35,531 nucleotides of DNA from an uncultured Thermococci archaeon (GTDB lineage: Archaea; Methanobacteriota_B; Thermococci; Thermococcales; Thermococcaceae): assembly GCA_964487115.1 (NCBI GenBank), contig CAZAPD010000131.1, positions 1-35,531 on the forward strand, in the 5' to 3' direction. Positions 10,264-18,981 of the stretch are shown piece by piece. Numbering within the stretch: position 1 is the stretch's first letter; each line of letters begins with the position of its first letter. Position numbers and translations under genes: made by a program. The notes beneath the pieces were generated by a model. The model did not search any database. It saw nothing but the letters and a program-made list of their open reading frames with translations, and was not told the origin of the DNA.

Positions 10264-10572
10264 TCAATAATTCATTAAGGCTCCAAAAATAACTGCTGTC
10301 CACCAGATTTCTAAGAATATAAAACCGGTTGTTGCATTCCTTTCTATAATCCACGCTATGAATACGATGTATGCTATCGCTGTGGCTATTATATGGAGCT
10401 TAAGGAATTTCCTGTTGATGTCTTTTCCGGCTTTCATCCATCCTGTTGGGAGTGGTAGCCAGTCGAAGAAAGCTCCTGTTAATGCCAATAGAGGCTTGTT
10501 GAAAAATACTGTAGGGATAAAGATTAATCCCGCAAGCATGACACAAAACATTGTAATCTGCTGCTTTTTCAT
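10264..10572 (-). CDS. Small hypothetical membrane protein
   Basis: About 3-4 hydrophobic segments; last gene of the PadR-ABC operon. SD ggggtga favours ATG 10572; the ORF can extend to 10581. Confidence 0.7.
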   Translation of the reverse strand: MKKQQITMFCVMLAGLIFIPTVFFNKPLLALTGAFFDWLPLPTGWMKAGKDINRKFLKLHIIATAIAYIVFIAWIIERNATTGFIFLEIWWTAVIFGALMNY

Positions 10573-10585
10573 GACCATCACCCCC

Positions 10586-11353
10586 TTAATCTATTGTTGC
10601 TTTCCTAAATTCAATGACTGCAATTCCCATAAAGAGAATTGCCAGCCCAGAAAGCACGAGCCAATCGGTTGTTAATGAAAACGTTGATGCAACTCCGGAT
10701 AAATAATATCTTGAACCATCCACGGCATATGTGAGTGGATTGACTTTGGCAAGCCACTGCATCCATTCAGGCATTGTTTTTACAGGATAAAATGCCCCAC
10801 TCAGAAATGTCATTGGAAGCATTATCATGGTCATTATCATCTGAAAGCCTTCCATACTGCTCATTTTCATGGCTATAGCTACTCCCATCCCTGCCACGGC
10901 AAGTCCCACTATAAAACTTAGACCTAATGTAGGAATAACTCCTGACAATTTGAGGGAACTTGTCATGAAAAAGCTCAGCGCTAATATTATTACACCCTGA
11001 ATCATTGCTGTTATAGCTCCTCCGGTTATCCTGCCCAGTATAGCTTCTTCCCTTGAGGCAGGTGCGACTAATATCTCTTTAATAAAGCCGAACTGTTTGT
11101 CCCAGATGATTGTTATTCCTTGGATAAAGCTCATATTGAAGACCGTCATTGCAACTATACCCGGGACGAGATATGTCATATAATCCACGCCACCGAATAT
11201 CATACTTGCCCCTGGAAAGTTAAATGCTCCTGACCAACCTTTACCAAATAAGACAAGCCAGATTATTGGATTTATGAGGCTCCCTATAACTCTTGCTTTG
11301 GAGCGTATGAATCTTTTCATCTCGCGATAAATCATCGTGCTGAAGACTCTCAT
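10586..11353 (-). CDS. ABC-2 type exporter permease (DrrB-like)
   Basis: YLVPGI, GFIKEILVAP, FLSGAFYP and NPLTY motifs; six TM helices. Confidence 0.92.
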   Translation of the reverse strand: MRVFSTMIYREMKRFIRSKARVIGSLINPIIWLVLFGKGWSGAFNFPGASMIFGGVDYMTYLVPGIVAMTVFNMSFIQGITIIWDKQFGFIKEILVAPASREEAILGRITGGAITAMIQGVIILALSFFMTSSLKLSGVIPTLGLSFIVGLAVAGMGVAIAMKMSSMEGFQMIMTMIMLPMTFLSGAFYPVKTMPEWMQWLAKVNPLTYAVDGSRYYLSGVASTFSLTTDWLVLSGLAILFMGIAVIEFRKATID

Positions 11354-11358
11354 TTTTA

Positions 11359-12348
11359 TCACCTCCTCATTCGGGCTCTCATTATCATCTTGGCAACTTT
11401 TTGTTCTCCTCCTTCATCCCGGATTTCTCTGCCAGTTAGATGCAGGAAGACGTCATTGAGTGTAGGCCGGTGATATGTAACCTCAAGAATCCTCAGGCCA
11501 TTTTTCTGAGCGAGCTCGAATAGTTTGGGCATTGCCTCAGCGGCATTCTGGACATCAAGCCTTACCCTTCCGTCGGGCATTATCTTGCATCCCCTGATGA
11601 ACTCCGCATTAAGGCATTTAACACCCTCCTTGGGCTCTTCCATGCGCACATATATCACATCATTACCCACGAGCTTTTTCAGGTCATCAGCAGTTCCCTC
11701 TGCTATTATCCGCCCGTAATCTATTATTGCTATTCTATCTGCTAACTGTTCAGCCTCATCCATGTAGTGAGTTGTGAGAAAAATCGTCATGTTGTGCTCT
11801 TCCTTCATAGCCTTTATATACTCCCAGATATGGGCTCTCGTCTGCGGGTCAAGACCGATTGTGGGCTCGTCAAGAAAGAGTATCTCAGGCTCATGGAGTA
11901 GAGAGCGTGCTATTTCAAGCCTGCGTTGCATCCCTCCGCTAAAAAATTTAACTGGTCTGTCTTTGAAGTCCCATAGCTCAACGAATTTAAGCATTCTTTC
12001 GATTCTCTCTTTGAGCTCACTTCCAGAATACCCGTATATTCTTCCATGGATATACATGTTCTCGTATGCTGTAAGCTCTCTGTCAGTGCTCGGGTCCTGA
12101 AAAACAATGCCTATTTTTCTTCGGACTTCAACGGATTCTCTCACCACGTCATGTCCAGCTACAACTGCCCGTCCTCCGTTTGGTCTCAGAAGTGTCGTCA
12201 GCACATGTACCGTTGTGGTTTTTCCTGCCCCATTAGGTCCAAGGAATGCAAATATCTCCCCTTTTCTAACTTTGAATGAGATTCCTTTAACCGCTGTAAA
12301 ATCATCATATCTCTTTACGAGATTCTCAACTTCGATAGCATATTCCAT
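11359..12348 (-). CDS. ABC exporter ATP-binding protein (DrrA-like)
   Basis: GPNGAGKT, FSGGMQRR, LFLDEPT, TTHYMDEA and PTLNDVFL motifs. Start set at MEYAIEV (12348). Confidence 0.94.
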   Translation of the reverse strand: MEYAIEVENLVKRYDDFTAVKGISFKVRKGEIFAFLGPNGAGKTTTVHVLTTLLRPNGGRAVVAGHDVVRESVEVRRKIGIVFQDPSTDRELTAYENMYIHGRIYGYSGSELKERIERMLKFVELWDFKDRPVKFFSGGMQRRLEIARSLLHEPEILFLDEPTIGLDPQTRAHIWEYIKAMKEEHNMTIFLTTHYMDEAEQLADRIAIIDYGRIIAEGTADDLKKLVGNDVIYVRMEEPKEGVKCLNAEFIRGCKIMPDGRVRLDVQNAAEAMPKLFELAQKNGLRILEVTYHRPTLNDVFLHLTGREIRDEGGEQKVAKMIMRARMRR

Positions 12349-12349
12349 T

Positions 12350-12760
12350 TCAATCACCACGATTGTTTTTCCTAAATTTCTCAGCATGTTCTTCTCTAAA
12401 GACAAATTTTATGCCATATTTTTCTTTGAATGGCAATTTGAGAGTATTATAGATAAGTGTTAAAACAGGATATTTCACGGGTTTGTCCTTTGGCCTTAAA
12501 GCTCCTGTCGGACATGCATCGACACAAATGTTGCATCCTTTACAGGGCTCTGGATTTACCATGACCGGTCTAAAACGAACTTTTTCTTTAAAGCCAAAGA
12601 GAGGAACTTTCATGGGTTCAACTTTCCATATTTTCTCACCATATGGGCAGACGGTTATACATTCCTCTCCTCCACCACATATTGGATAGTATATTGTCAG
12701 AGGAGCACTCTTGTTCATGGATTCATAATACTCTCTCCATCCCCTGATTGCACTGTTCAT
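12350..12760 (-). CDS. Dicluster ferredoxin-like Fe-S protein
   Basis: CGGGEECITVCP and CKGCNICVDACP motifs; ATGA overlap with the padR stop. Confidence 0.85.
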   Translation of the reverse strand: MNSAIRGWREYYESMNKSAPLTIYYPICGGGEECITVCPYGEKIWKVEPMKVPLFGFKEKVRFRPVMVNPEPCKGCNICVDACPTGALRPKDKPVKYPVLTLIYNTLKLPFKEKYGIKFVFREEHAEKFRKNNRGD

Positions 12761-13218
12761 AGCCTATCACCAAACTCTACAATGAATCTAACCTGCTTAG
12801 CACAGTCTTTTATAACTTTGGAGAGTTCTTCCCTCTGTTTTTCATTAAGTTCATCGAACTTTTCAAACAACAGTCTAAATGCATTCACCAGTTCATCTCC
12901 TCCTAATTTTCGAAATCCCTTGTAGATTTCCATTTTATGGATAATCTCTCTGAGTTCTTCTTTGTGCTCTTCCAGATATTCCAAGCCCTTTTCAGTTATT
13001 CTGTATGTTTTTTTCTCTCTCTTTCCACTTCCTATGACTTCAATAAGGCCTGCCCTTCTCAGACTTGCCAGTGTGGGATATATGACACCTGCACTTGGAG
13101 TGGGAATGGCAAATCTCTCTTCTAATTCTTTCATTATAGCATAACCGTGCATAGGATTTGTCCTTAACATTTCTAATATTAGGAGTTTTAGACCACCTTT
13201 AAATTTCGGTCGCTCCAA
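12757..13218 (-). CDS. PadR family transcriptional regulator
   Basis: PMHGYAI, SAGVIYPTL and KTYRITEKG winged-helix motifs. Start is TTG 13218 by SD spacing; ATG 13224 or GTG 13227 are alternatives. Confidence 0.92.
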   Translation of the reverse strand: MERPKFKGGLKLLILEMLRTNPMHGYAIMKELEERFAIPTPSAGVIYPTLASLRRAGLIEVIGSGKREKKTYRITEKGLEYLEEHKEELREIIHKMEIYKGFRKLGGDELVNAFRLLFEKFDELNEKQREELSKVIKDCAKQVRFIVEFGDRL

Positions 13219-13232
13219 ATACATCACCTAAC

Positions 13233-13265
13233 ATATCTATAGATATATCAATTTATAAACTTTTT
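13233..13265 (-). promoter_or_regulatory. padR promoter with a perfect palindrome (putative PadR operator)
   Basis: Minus-strand BRE aaaaag plus TATA tttataaa (13252-13259); ATATCTATAGATAT at 13233-13246 lies between the TATA and the start. Confidence 0.6.
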
Positions 13266-13377
13266 GATTCGAAATATCGTGTTGGGATGTTTTTAAGGTT
13301 ATAATGGCAATGACGTGCCAGACAATATCCGGAAGGCTTAAGATAGATGTTCTGAAAAACTATAGGGGGGGTGTGGG

Positions 13378-13812
13378 ATGCATCTCATCCTAAAGCCGCT
13401 GTTTAAAGCTGAATTGTCCGATGATTTTATTGATATCCTAAGAATAAAGCTTCTTGGAAAGGAAGTCAGTGAGGGGGAGAGAATTTCAATTGATATCCTT
13501 GGGAAATCCCTGAATTTTGAAGTCGTATATGCAGAGCCAAAAACCCTTAAAGTTAGAGAGAATACCAAGATTGAGATTTCATCTTCCTTAAATCCATGCA
13601 TAGAACTGGAGTTTGAGAAAAAGATCAGAGAACTCATACCTTTCCCTCAGGGTTTTGTTATTGTATTTGAGGATGAGGTTCTGATTATAAACCAAAAAGG
13701 GCACAAGATTTTTAATAAAAGGTTCGAAAATCTTAAAGAAGTCCGAATATCTGGGAATACTGTGGCGGTGATTTACGATGAAAAAAAGCTTGCACTCATA
13801 CACGTTTCATGA
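13378..13812 (+). CDS. CDC48 domain-2-like (DUF6849-like) small protein
   Basis: N-terminal LKPL...KLLGKEVSEGERISIDILGKSLNFEVVYAEP...VRENTKIEI resembles the Cdc48/VAT Nc subdomain; no ATPase motifs. Confidence 0.6.
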   Translation: MHLILKPLFKAELSDDFIDILRIKLLGKEVSEGERISIDILGKSLNFEVVYAEPKTLKVRENTKIEISSSLNPCIELEFEKKIRELIPFPQGFVIVFEDEVLIINQKGHKIFNKRFENLKEVRISGNTVAVIYDEKKLALIHVS

Positions 13813-14503
13813 AAGCTGGGAGGAAAAAAAGGAAAGAGCCGTCAGGATTGTTAAAAAGTTGATGGAGATGTATCCAAGGAAAAGTCGGGGAGAAATCCTG
13901 CAGGGGGAGCCGTATTTCACTTTAATCCGGTGTATAATCTCTCAAAGAACAAAAGATGAGACAACTGACAGAGCCAGTGAGGTTCTTTTCAAGCATTATC
14001 CGACTATGAAATCTCTGGCAGATGCCAGTGTAGAGGAAATTCAGAAGCTGCTGAGGGAAAATGGTGTTGGCTTGTGGAAGACTAAGGGTAGATGGATTGT
14101 TGAAGCATCAAAGATTCTCCTTGAGAAATATGGGGGGAAAGTTCCAGACGACATAGACGAGCTGATGAAGTTGCCCGGTATAGGAAGGAAGTGTGCGAAT
14201 ATCGTCTTAGCCTACGGCTTTGGGAGACAGGCGATTCCTGTTGACACTCATGTCAATAGAATAAGCAAGCGTTTGGGCTTGGCACCTCCACGTGTTGCTC
14301 CTGAGAAAGTTGAGGAATATCTGAATGAACTCATTCCCAGAAACTTATGGATATATGTGAATCACGCAATGGTCGACCACGGGAAGAAAATCTGCCGACC
14401 GATAGGGCCGAAATGTAATGAATGTCCCCTGAAAGATCTCTGTCCATATGCAAAAGGTTTGATTAGCGACAGTGACATAAAAGGAAAACCTCAGGGCTCG
14501 TAG
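13778..14503 (+). CDS. nth: Endonuclease III (HhH-GPD glycosylase/AP lyase with 4Fe-4S)
   Basis: ISQRTKDE, LPGIGRKCA HhH, PVDTHVNR and C-x6-C-x2-C-x5-C (CRPIGPKCNECPLKDLC). Confidence 0.95.
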   Translation: MKKSLHSYTFHESWEEKKERAVRIVKKLMEMYPRKSRGEILQGEPYFTLIRCIISQRTKDETTDRASEVLFKHYPTMKSLADASVEEIQKLLRENGVGLWKTKGRWIVEASKILLEKYGGKVPDDIDELMKLPGIGRKCANIVLAYGFGRQAIPVDTHVNRISKRLGLAPPRVAPEKVEEYLNELIPRNLWIYVNHAMVDHGKKICRPIGPKCNECPLKDLCPYAKGLISDSDIKGKPQGS

Positions 14504-15150
14504 GAACAGACGTTAAGTCCGTTCAATCGATAAACTGCTGGAATTTCTATCTCAATTCTCCTTTTTTCAGATTTGAAGAAGTTCTCATGAGACACTCAAT
14601 TTTCAGCCTAAACTGTATCTTTACGTTAACAACGCTCATATTCCGGTTTTCTTTTTGATGTCAGGGGGATGGTTGGGGTAAGTTTAAGGATTTTGCCCCC
14701 CACGTTGGTTCTAATGCTTTGGCTTTAATAGCCTGCCATGCTTCAAGGCCTGAGACATGGTCCCCAGTTACCTCAAATTTCCAATCACAGGTTTTAAAAT
14801 ACATGATCCCACTTTGTTTAGGGAATATGTGGGCCAATGGAGACATTGCTCATATTTTCAGCAATGAAAAGAATGTGTCCTATCGCGATTGAATCATTTT
14901 TGGCCTCAGGTAGACTGTGAAGTCTCCGGACATCAAAAGATCATTGCACCCCCTCATGGCTTGCGGGGAATAGGAGAGCCTGATGAAAAGGTCATTTCTG
15001 TTTTTAAAGGAATAGAAGCTGAGAGGCTTCCAGTGTCCCATAATGCAGGAGAGATTGCTCACATTGATATCAAAACTCCACGGCTTTAGTACGATTTCAC
15101 TTTTCTCTCCAAAGGAAGAAACCGTCTTCTCGTGGAGCCAAGAACAATAC
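14491..15150 (-). pseudogene. Decayed gene remnant (possibly an exported protein)
   Basis: Consecutive minus-strand protein-like fragments broken by stops and frameshifts: WLHEKTVSSFGEKSEIVLKPWSFDINVSNLSC...DFTVYLRP / NDSIAIGHILFIAENMSNVSIG / MYFKTCDWKFEVTGD / ENRNMSVVNVKIQFRLKIE / HENFFKSEKRRIEIEIPAVYRL. Confidence 0.4.
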
Positions 15151-15263
15151 CACTATTAACAATTCGTGAAGGGATGTTTTATTTTTATGGTGGCATCGGG
15201 AGTGGAACATAGAGCAAGAATTCTAAGATTAACCGGTGAGGAGACCTTCAATCTAATATGGTT

Positions 15264-15465
15264 TTGGAGGGTGTTTTGGGATATTTGAGGAGATGGGGTT
15301 TGTTGTGTTTTTGGGTCATGAGAGGTGGTGCCGTGAGATTACTTTTTGAGTGGGGGATTAAAACTCTTGGAAACAACCCCAGAGCAGGTGGGAAGTAATT
15401 GAGAACCCCCATCAAAGACTCTAATGAAACCCTCACTAACAAGAAATTAAACCAACGCCCTCAAA
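15264..15465. repeat. ~200-bp non-coding element with imperfect terminal inverted repeats and G/T-to-C/A strand skew
   Basis: ttggagggtgtt (15264-15275) against aacgccctcaaa (15454-15465), 10/12 complementary; left half G/T-rich, right half C/A-rich. Confidence 0.35.
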
Positions 15466-15474
15466 TGGAAAATT

Positions 15475-16053
15475 TCAGTCTTCCTTTTCCGCTTCTTCTC
15501 CTGCCAGCTCCCTGAGTCTGTCGAGGTCAGAGCCGACGGCTATCAAAACATCTCCTTCTTCGATTATGTCATCCTTTCCCGGGTTGTATATATACCTCGT
15601 TCCCCTTTTTATCGCCAGTATCCTCGTTCCTATCTTACTTGGGAGCTTAAGCTGCTTCAGTGTCTGTCCTATCAGAACAGAACCCTTCCTAACAGTTATT
15701 CTTCCAAGTTCTTCTTCTGTGTCTTCCATAATCCTCTGAATTATCGGATGCGGTTCAACGTCTCTAAGAACGAGGTCCGCTATTTTATAGGCTGCATCTG
15801 AAATAGCCTCGTTTATACTTGCCATCTCGATTATGCTGAGAAGCCTTGTAGGCTTTTCCTCTTCTCTGGCGGTTTTGAGAGCAAGTTTTTTAACCTTAAG
15901 AGTCAGTTCATCCATTCTCTCCTCAAGGAGATAGACTTCCTCTGCTATGTCCTCACTGTTATACATGACGGAGGAGAATGCAAGGTCAACCATGAGTGAT
16001 GAAATATCCTTCATCTCAATTAGACAGTTTTTAATCTCTTCAAGCTCATTCAT
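15475..16053 (-). CDS. PhoU-like + TrkA-C (RCK_C) domain protein
   Basis: EMKDISSLMVDLAFSS helical domain; C-terminal GSVLIGQTLKQLKL..GTRILAIKRG...IEEGDVLI. Confidence 0.88.
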   Translation of the reverse strand: MNELEEIKNCLIEMKDISSLMVDLAFSSVMYNSEDIAEEVYLLEERMDELTLKVKKLALKTAREEEKPTRLLSIIEMASINEAISDAAYKIADLVLRDVEPHPIIQRIMEDTEEELGRITVRKGSVLIGQTLKQLKLPSKIGTRILAIKRGTRYIYNPGKDDIIEEGDVLIAVGSDLDRLRELAGEEAEKED

Positions 16054-16657
16054 TTCCTATCACCTTTATTATCCCTCTTGCAATTTCCTTGAGATAGTCT
16101 ATTGAGGTTTGTGTTCCTCTCCCGATAAGGACATCTCCAGCGAGAATTTTGAAATCACCATCTGGATCAAAGAGCCATCTCTTTCCTCTCCTCACAGCTA
16201 AAATCCAGACTCCAGTATTGCTGGCCAATTCAAGCTCTTCTAAGGTTTTTCCGACAAGAATGGAGTCCGGAGTCACTACAAACCTTCCAATGACTTCTTC
16301 ACTCTCAAGGATAACCTGTTTTATAATGGGATGAAGCTCAACCTCCTCAAGTATCATCTTTGCAAGGTCTGCTGCAGCATTTGAGATGTCATCTATTGAA
16401 TGGGCCATGTGAAGGATTGAGGTTATCTGTTCAGCTTCCCTCGGACTTCTCGCGGCCAGAACGGCATGCACCATAAGATGATAGTTCAGCATATCGAGAT
16501 ATTCTTCAAGCTCAAGAACCTCTTCGGCCAGTTCCTCTTCCCCAAAGAGTACAGATGAATATGCGAGATCAACCATGAACTCTGCTGTGTTTTTCATTTC
16601 AATGAAAATCTCCTTTACACTCTTTGGTTTGTATTCGTATTCCTCCCATTCTTCCAC
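16046..16657 (-). CDS. PhoU-like + TrkA-C (RCK_C) domain protein, paralogue
   Basis: EMKNTAEFMVDLAYSS; DSILVGKTLEELEL..GVWILAVRRG...ILAGDVLI. Confidence 0.88.
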   Translation of the reverse strand: MEEWEEYEYKPKSVKEIFIEMKNTAEFMVDLAYSSVLFGEEELAEEVLELEEYLDMLNYHLMVHAVLAARSPREAEQITSILHMAHSIDDISNAAADLAKMILEEVELHPIIKQVILESEEVIGRFVVTPDSILVGKTLEELELASNTGVWILAVRRGKRWLFDPDGDFKILAGDVLIGRGTQTSIDYLKEIARGIIKVIGNE

Positions 16658-16884
16658 CTTGTTTCCACCAATTGAGAAATCTCTATTTAATTTATTTAGT
16701 TTTCGCCGTTAGCTCACATGCTGTTGGAGATCGTTATGTGCAGCTTTGTTATCTTTTTCAGTGGAATTTTGTCTTTATGTCTTCAAAGCACTATTAAACT
16801 CGTCTTGGCAGTGAGTGAGCCAATAAGAAAGCTTATATATAGAGGAAAACTGATTCAGAAAGATAGGGGTGGCATTGATGGAGA

Positions 16885-18066
16885 GTGATGGGAGTGATAA
16901 TTCTTTTAGAAATAAAAACAAAGATACGCCATGCATACACAACTACGCTTATATCTCTGGTTGTGTCGTTGGTTATAGGCTTATTCGGTGGCACGTTTTT
17001 AGGGAAGTATTTTAAAAAGATACGCTCTTCTTATCCTGGGTTACTTGTAATCCTCCCCGGAATGATGGGATTGAGGGGCAATGTATTCGGCTCAATGGCC
17101 TCACGATTCTCTACGATGCTGTATCTGGGCGATTTAAAACCCAGTTTGAAAGATAAAAAGATTTTAAAAAACGTTGTTTTAGGTGTTATTCTTTCGTTGA
17201 TTCCTGTAACCTTTCTGTGGGGTATTGGGATTATAGAGGGAATACGAGAGAATGCATTTGAGATTCTCATGATTGTGATCAGCTCGACAATTTTAGTTTC
17301 TGTAATTCTCGGGTATTTTACTGCATTTGTCACGATATTTACGTTCAGACAGGGGAGTGACCCCGATAGTGTGGCGGCTCCATTGGTAGCTTCAATGGGA
17401 GATTTACTTACAATACCCTCCTTAGTTGCATTTATACTGCTTCTTGAGAGCACAAAAAGAGGATTTTGGATGATTAATGTATTTTTTGTGGCATTTTTGA
17501 TGGGAGTGCTTCTGGTTAGCCAGATAAGACGAGGCGAATTTTTCTATCTGAGAAATCTCTTCATAACCATAACGTTTCTGGCTCTCCTCTCAGTTATATC
17601 CGGTTCTCTTTTGGAAAAATACAGCCCGCTTATACAGAAAGCTATTCTCCTGAGCATCGCTTATCCAGCCCTCTTAAGCAGTTTTGGAAACTATGGCTCT
17701 GTTATAGCGGCAAAAACCTCCACAAAGTTGCATCTCGGTGAAATTGAGGGCTATTTAAGCGGGGAGATGTTCCTTGAGATACTTGTTCTCTTCACAACAA
17801 CTCCGATAATAGGCACATTAATCAATCTCCTTGCTTTTGTTATTGCCAAATATTTACTGGGAATCAATGGAGAACATGTGAAATTATTGATACTGACTTA
17901 CCCCTTCATGGCCCTCTTCATAATGCTCTATGCATATACCCTCTCCTACCTGCTTTTCCAGAAAAACATTAACCCGGATCATGTTGCGATACCTCTTATA
18001 TCCAACAATAGTGATATATTTGGAACGATATACACAATACTGATAGCAAAGCTTATGGTGGGGTAG
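16885..18066 (+). CDS. MgtE/SLC41-type divalent cation transporter (two membrane repeats, no CBS domains)
   Basis: PGMMGLRGN...DPDSVAAPLVASMGD and PALLSSFGNYGS...NPDHVAIPLISNNSD repeats. Confidence 0.85.
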   Translation: MMGVIILLEIKTKIRHAYTTTLISLVVSLVIGLFGGTFLGKYFKKIRSSYPGLLVILPGMMGLRGNVFGSMASRFSTMLYLGDLKPSLKDKKILKNVVLGVILSLIPVTFLWGIGIIEGIRENAFEILMIVISSTILVSVILGYFTAFVTIFTFRQGSDPDSVAAPLVASMGDLLTIPSLVAFILLLESTKRGFWMINVFFVAFLMGVLLVSQIRRGEFFYLRNLFITITFLALLSVISGSLLEKYSPLIQKAILLSIAYPALLSSFGNYGSVIAAKTSTKLHLGEIEGYLSGEMFLEILVLFTTTPIIGTLINLLAFVIAKYLLGINGEHVKLLILTYPFMALFIMLYAYTLSYLLFQKNINPDHVAIPLISNNSDIFGTIYTILIAKLMVG

Positions 18067-18831
18067 ATGCTTGGTGTATCGACGATATGTTGTTTCGATG
18101 TCAGTCTGGGAACTGCACTTTATAAAATAAGCAGGATAAGAGGAATAGACTTTGTTGAGATAGTTAATGAGAACTATCACATGCTTGATAGATACAATTA
18201 TGGCCTCCATTTAGCCACTCTTGAAGAAAAGGGTCTGAAGAACGTGATACATGCTCCGTTCAGTGATATAAACATCGCTTCCCTGAATGAAAGGATCAGG
18301 AGGGCTTCACTTGATATACTTTTTGAGGCCCTTGAGGTGGCTCAACTTATGGGTTCGCTTCTCGTAGTTGTTCACCCCGGTCATCTCTCCCCTGCAGGCA
18401 TGAAGTTTCCTAAGGCTTACGAAAAGATACATAAACGTTCCCTTGAGGAAATCGATAGATATTCTAAGAAGCTTGGCATCAGGGTGGCTCTTGAGAATAT
18501 GCCTGCATTTTCAATTTTGGATGGCAGAACATGTGAAAGAATTCGGGAGCTCATAGACGGAACAGAACTCTATGTGGCCCTCGACGTTGGTCACCTGAAC
18601 ACAGTAACACACAATTTTGAGGAATTTATCGAACTTTTTAGAGATAGGATAATACATGTGCATCTCCATGACAATGATGGAAAAAACGACTCTCATTTAA
18701 GCCTTGGGGAGGGAAACGTGCCGTGGGAAGATATTTTAAGGATGTTACCTCGGAAAGCAACTTGGAGCTTTGAACTCACGAATCTCGATTCTGTTATGAA
18801 GAGTCTGAGATTCATTAAGACACATATCTAA
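18067..18831 (+). CDS. Sugar phosphate isomerase/epimerase (AP endonuclease family 2 TIM barrel)
   Basis: HAPFSDINIAS, VVHPG, ALENM, LDVGH and HVHLHDNDG..D.HL.LGEG motifs. Confidence 0.88.
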   Translation: MLGVSTICCFDVSLGTALYKISRIRGIDFVEIVNENYHMLDRYNYGLHLATLEEKGLKNVIHAPFSDINIASLNERIRRASLDILFEALEVAQLMGSLLVVVHPGHLSPAGMKFPKAYEKIHKRSLEEIDRYSKKLGIRVALENMPAFSILDGRTCERIRELIDGTELYVALDVGHLNTVTHNFEEFIELFRDRIIHVHLHDNDGKNDSHLSLGEGNVPWEDILRMLPRKATWSFELTNLDSVMKSLRFIKTHI

Positions 18832-18981
18832 ATCTGAAATCATATTCATCGATGTATTTTTGAATTCATTAAGGCACGTATTTGACAGACATAAACCTTT
18901 TATACAGGCAAAATAAAAAGATAACCGAAGAAAGTTTGAAAGAAGTTGGATTTAGCCAAAATTTTTAGAGAAGGTGGTATC

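Noticed and set aside
16660..16880. C/D-box sRNA or tRNA in this and other intergenic gaps
   Set aside because: No properly spaced RUGAUGA/CUGA boxes or cloverleaf found by eye. A covariance-model search would be needed to exclude them.
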